Source: Porphyridium purpureum (lineage: Eukaryota). From it: 51,986 nucleotides of DNA. The stretch covers positions 186,001 through 237,986 of the forward strand of contig VRMN01000019.1 of the NCBI GenBank assembly GCA_008690995.1. The letters run 5' to 3'. Position 1 is the first letter of the stretch. Every line of letters begins with the position of its first letter. The position numbers and the translations under genes were made by a program. Below the pieces are notes generated by a model that was not told the origin of the DNA, searched no databases, and saw nothing but the letters and a program-made list of their open reading frames with translations. Shown one piece after another: positions 49,201-51,986 of the stretch.

Positions 49201-51986
49201 TGTCATTTCTCTTGGCGCCTTGCTGTCCCTGGCGGAAGTAAGGGTATAAAAAGGCGACGCGCCTGTCCGGACTAGCCGGTCAGGTCTTGCTCGGAGACAG
49301 AAGAGGAAAGAAGAAGAGACCGACAGTAAAAAAACACTCAGATACACAGCTGATAACACGCTCCCTCCGCCGTACCCCCTCCACGCACTGTATAGCTGCC
49401 CGCACTGTACAGCACTGCCCACACTGTACAGCTGCCCCGCACTGTACAGCGCACTGCCCGCGTGATTGGGGGTCAACCTGTACCCCAGTATCAAGCGTGG
49501 GTGTTCTGCTCCGGATAGCGGAGCTGCTGAATGCCTATCGACGGCCGTCGACGGCGGCGTCACAGAGGTATATAAGCACAGCACGTAATCGTTGCCACAG
49601 GCACAACCACTTAGCTTTAAGGCAGAGAGATCTTGGTGCAAAGACTAAACAGTTGCTTCGGTATCTAAATAGTCTGGGTCTTTCGGCATTGAGCTTCGGT
49701 TCATTGCTTGACCACACGTACTAAGCCTTACACCCCATAGGCTTTATTGGGTTATGAGCCCAGCCGCTATCCTTGCGGCTGCGGTCCTCTTCCTCACAGT
49801 TCCACTCGCTCTGCTAGCTAGAACTTTACTCGGGCAGGCTCGACGGATCGAGGTGCTTGAGCAGGAGCACACGCGGACAGTGCAGCGACTCGAGACTCTG
49901 GAAGAGCTCGTCGCGAACTATCGCCCGTACACGAGCGCGGCTCGTAGGAGCGACAGAGCCATCCGGCGCAGAATAGCAGAAGCCGAGGCAGAGGAGCAGC
50001 ACTAACTGCTATAGTGTAGCGCGTGCAGGAGAAGCACAGCGCAGTTGGAGCAGAAGGCTCGCAACGATCAGCGATCGCAAGTGGCACGTGCACAGACGCA
50101 CGGCGCGCATGAAGGCAGCAGACGAGCACCAGCTTCGTCGCGAAACGATACGCATACAAGAAGCTCGTGCATCAAGGCACGGAGCTGAGGGCACTCCAGA
50201 ATGGAGTCAGGTCAGCGGACCCCCACTAGGCTTGATCAGGAGCGCAGCGCCGTGCTTGCTCGCCAGCAGCTGCAGGCCATGCAGGCCGAGCTGGCTGCAC
50301 ATGCCGCTGTACAGCCAACAGCAGCAGGCAACAACGGCTGTCGCAATAAAGCGAGCTTCTGGAGTCCGCGTGCGCCGTGGCCATGGCAATAGAATCTGCT
50401 CGCATGCGCGAGGAGTTGGTTGTGCAGGTGCAGGAGGAGCGCGCGGCGCTCGCGGCCGAAATGCACCGCGTCCGAAGTGGCGCATACTTGCGTGGAGACC
50501 TCGGGTCTCAAGTCAAGACAGCTCCGATGCCCGCGTTCCTTGGCGAGCGTGATGCGCTCGCTGTCGCGTCGTGGTGTGACGCCGCCAACGACCGAATCTC
50601 AACTCAATTGAAAGAAGAATACCGCCTTGGCGGTCGTCAGTGGGACGACGAAGCAGAGTTGAAATGCGTCCGTGTGGCGGCATCATTCTTCCATGGAGCC
50701 GCAAGATTGTGGTGGTCCGTGCTGGACCCCAAGCCGACCCGATTCGATCAGTTCCTTGACGCATTCAAACGTGAGTTTGAACCCATTGCGTCTAGCCAGG
50801 TCGCTCGCGACCGCCTTGCTGCGTGTACGCAGCGTAATCGTACGGTCCAAGAATACGCCAATGACTTCGGCAATTGTTTGTTGCGCCTCCCGTCAGTCAT
50901 CGATCTAGAGAGCGCCTGACAGGTTTGTCCGAGGCCTGCAGTCCAAGATTCAGATACAGGTGCTTCTGGCAACCGGCAAAGTTACCACGACGCACTGCAA
51001 GCCGCAATCGCACAGACGCCGTTCCGACAAAGCGTCCACGCGTCCGCTACCTTGCCGCAATGGCGTCGCACCAATGGGATCTTGGGACCGTAGAAGCACC
51101 ACGCCGTCAGAACGGCCGAGGGTAAGAAGGCAAGAAGCAAAACAAAACCACAAAATGAGCGCAATCAGCCGCCAAGGACTAATAATGCTAGGGCTCCCGA
51201 CACCTGCCGTACCTGCGGGTCGTCGGGACATTGATGCAGATCACAACGAGCTCGGCGCAGCGGAATACGAACTTGGAACGAGCGCCAATGGGTGCGCCGG
51301 AGTTAACTGATTGCCGGTGTACATCAACGGCCACAAGGCCCACGCTGTTGTTGGACACCGGCGCGACCGCCACTTTTATCTCTCAAGCATCTGCCGGCGC
51401 GTCCGCATGCCAGTTCGCGAAGTGCGGCGCCAACGGACCTCGCATCCGACTAGCTGACGGGCGAAGTCAGCCGATCGACGGCAAAGCCTCGTTCCTCCTT
51501 GTCGTGCCGGGCGCAGTCGATGAGAGCACCGATGCGTGGGTACATGAAGGGCAATCTACGACCTAATCTTGGGTCTGGACTGGCTCGTTGCACAAAACAG
51601 AAGATGCAGCTGGCCGGCAAGAACTTGCCAGAGACAGGCTCTCCCGCCGCCGCACTGTGAAAGAAGAAATCGTACTCGAGTGTGCCGCAGTCAGCGGGCA
51701 CATACAGCACACACCTCGCGCCACCGAACCAGCGCTGGAGGAAGAACACGGGGTGCTCCACATGCCCGCAAGGGCCGATTGTGATGCGTGCCAGGCAGCG
51801 AAGTTGAAGGTCCTTCGCGCGCCACGGAAGAAAGAAACTCCCCGATTCGCGGGATTCAATGACGTCGTGTCCGTTGACCTGGTCGACCCCACAGAAACAG
51901 GTGTCTGCGGCACGCGCTGGTTGCTCACCCACCGCGACGCCGCAACCGGGTGGTTCGTTGTTGCGCCGCTGGCCAACAAAACCGCG
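49201..51986 (+). mobile_element. Truncated LTR-type retroelement: LTR-like region, half-tRNAiMet PBS, TM/coiled-coil leader, Gypsy-type gag and protease, then integrase
   Basis: TATA-containing leader beginning TGT at ~49201 (boundary uncertain); PBS-like TGGGTTATGAGCCCAGC at 49748-49764; gag AASFFHGAARLWW..TVQEYANDF, DRFVRGL; LLDTGATATFIS..IRLADG..YDLILGLDWL; EHGVLHMPARADCDAC..VSVDLVDP. Many frameshifts. Confidence 0.8.
49754..50005 (+). CDS. Element-encoded ORF: hydrophobic N-terminal helix + coiled coil; possibly the frameshifted 5' end of gag
   Basis: MSPAAILAAAVLFLTVPLALLARTLLG followed by heptad-rich RRIEVLEQEHTRTVQRLETLEELV; the ATG lies inside the PBS-like motif. Confidence 0.55.
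   Translation: MSPAAILAAAVLFLTVPLALLARTLLGQARRIEVLEQEHTRTVQRLETLEELVANYRPYTSAARRSDRAIRRRIAEAEAEEQH

Overview
This is an intron-poor, GC-rich eukaryotic window. Plastid-type MutS2 and YqeH proteins with long N-terminal presequences, single-exon genes and GalEa-like Copia elements suggest a red alga, possibly Porphyridium-like (inference). The left ~32 kb is gene-dense: a partial AAA-ATPase-like 5' end, LST8, COG8, a head-to-tail array of five 7-bladed WD40 genes plus decayed copies, EMG1, MutS2, MIC60, a YqeH/NOA1 GTPase, a decayed Tc3-like transposase and a sixth WD40 gene fused to two EH domains and a SAM-like domain. The right ~18 kb is a nest of LTR retroelements. It holds a full GalEa-like Copia (34666-39825, GCTAA TSD) inserted in the LTR of an older antisense GalEa relic, whose RNase H is also split by a ~1 kb solo LTR. 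It also holds a very young chromovirus with identical LTRs (41657-48369) and a truncated element with Gypsy-type gag/protease followed directly by a Copia-type integrase. The most interesting signals are: (1) a HET-E-like hypervariable WD40 repertoire with swappable accessory domains; (2) a GAG-TGA-CT stop plus hairpin at the gag/pol junction of both the Copia and the Gypsy element, a candidate readthrough signal; (3) palindromes replacing the tRNA primer-binding site in both; (4) the chimeric element with a half-tRNAiMet PBS and a membrane-anchored coiled-coil leader; (5) a shared telo-box + CGGTTTATCGGC promoter module. All calls are by eye; no searches were run.
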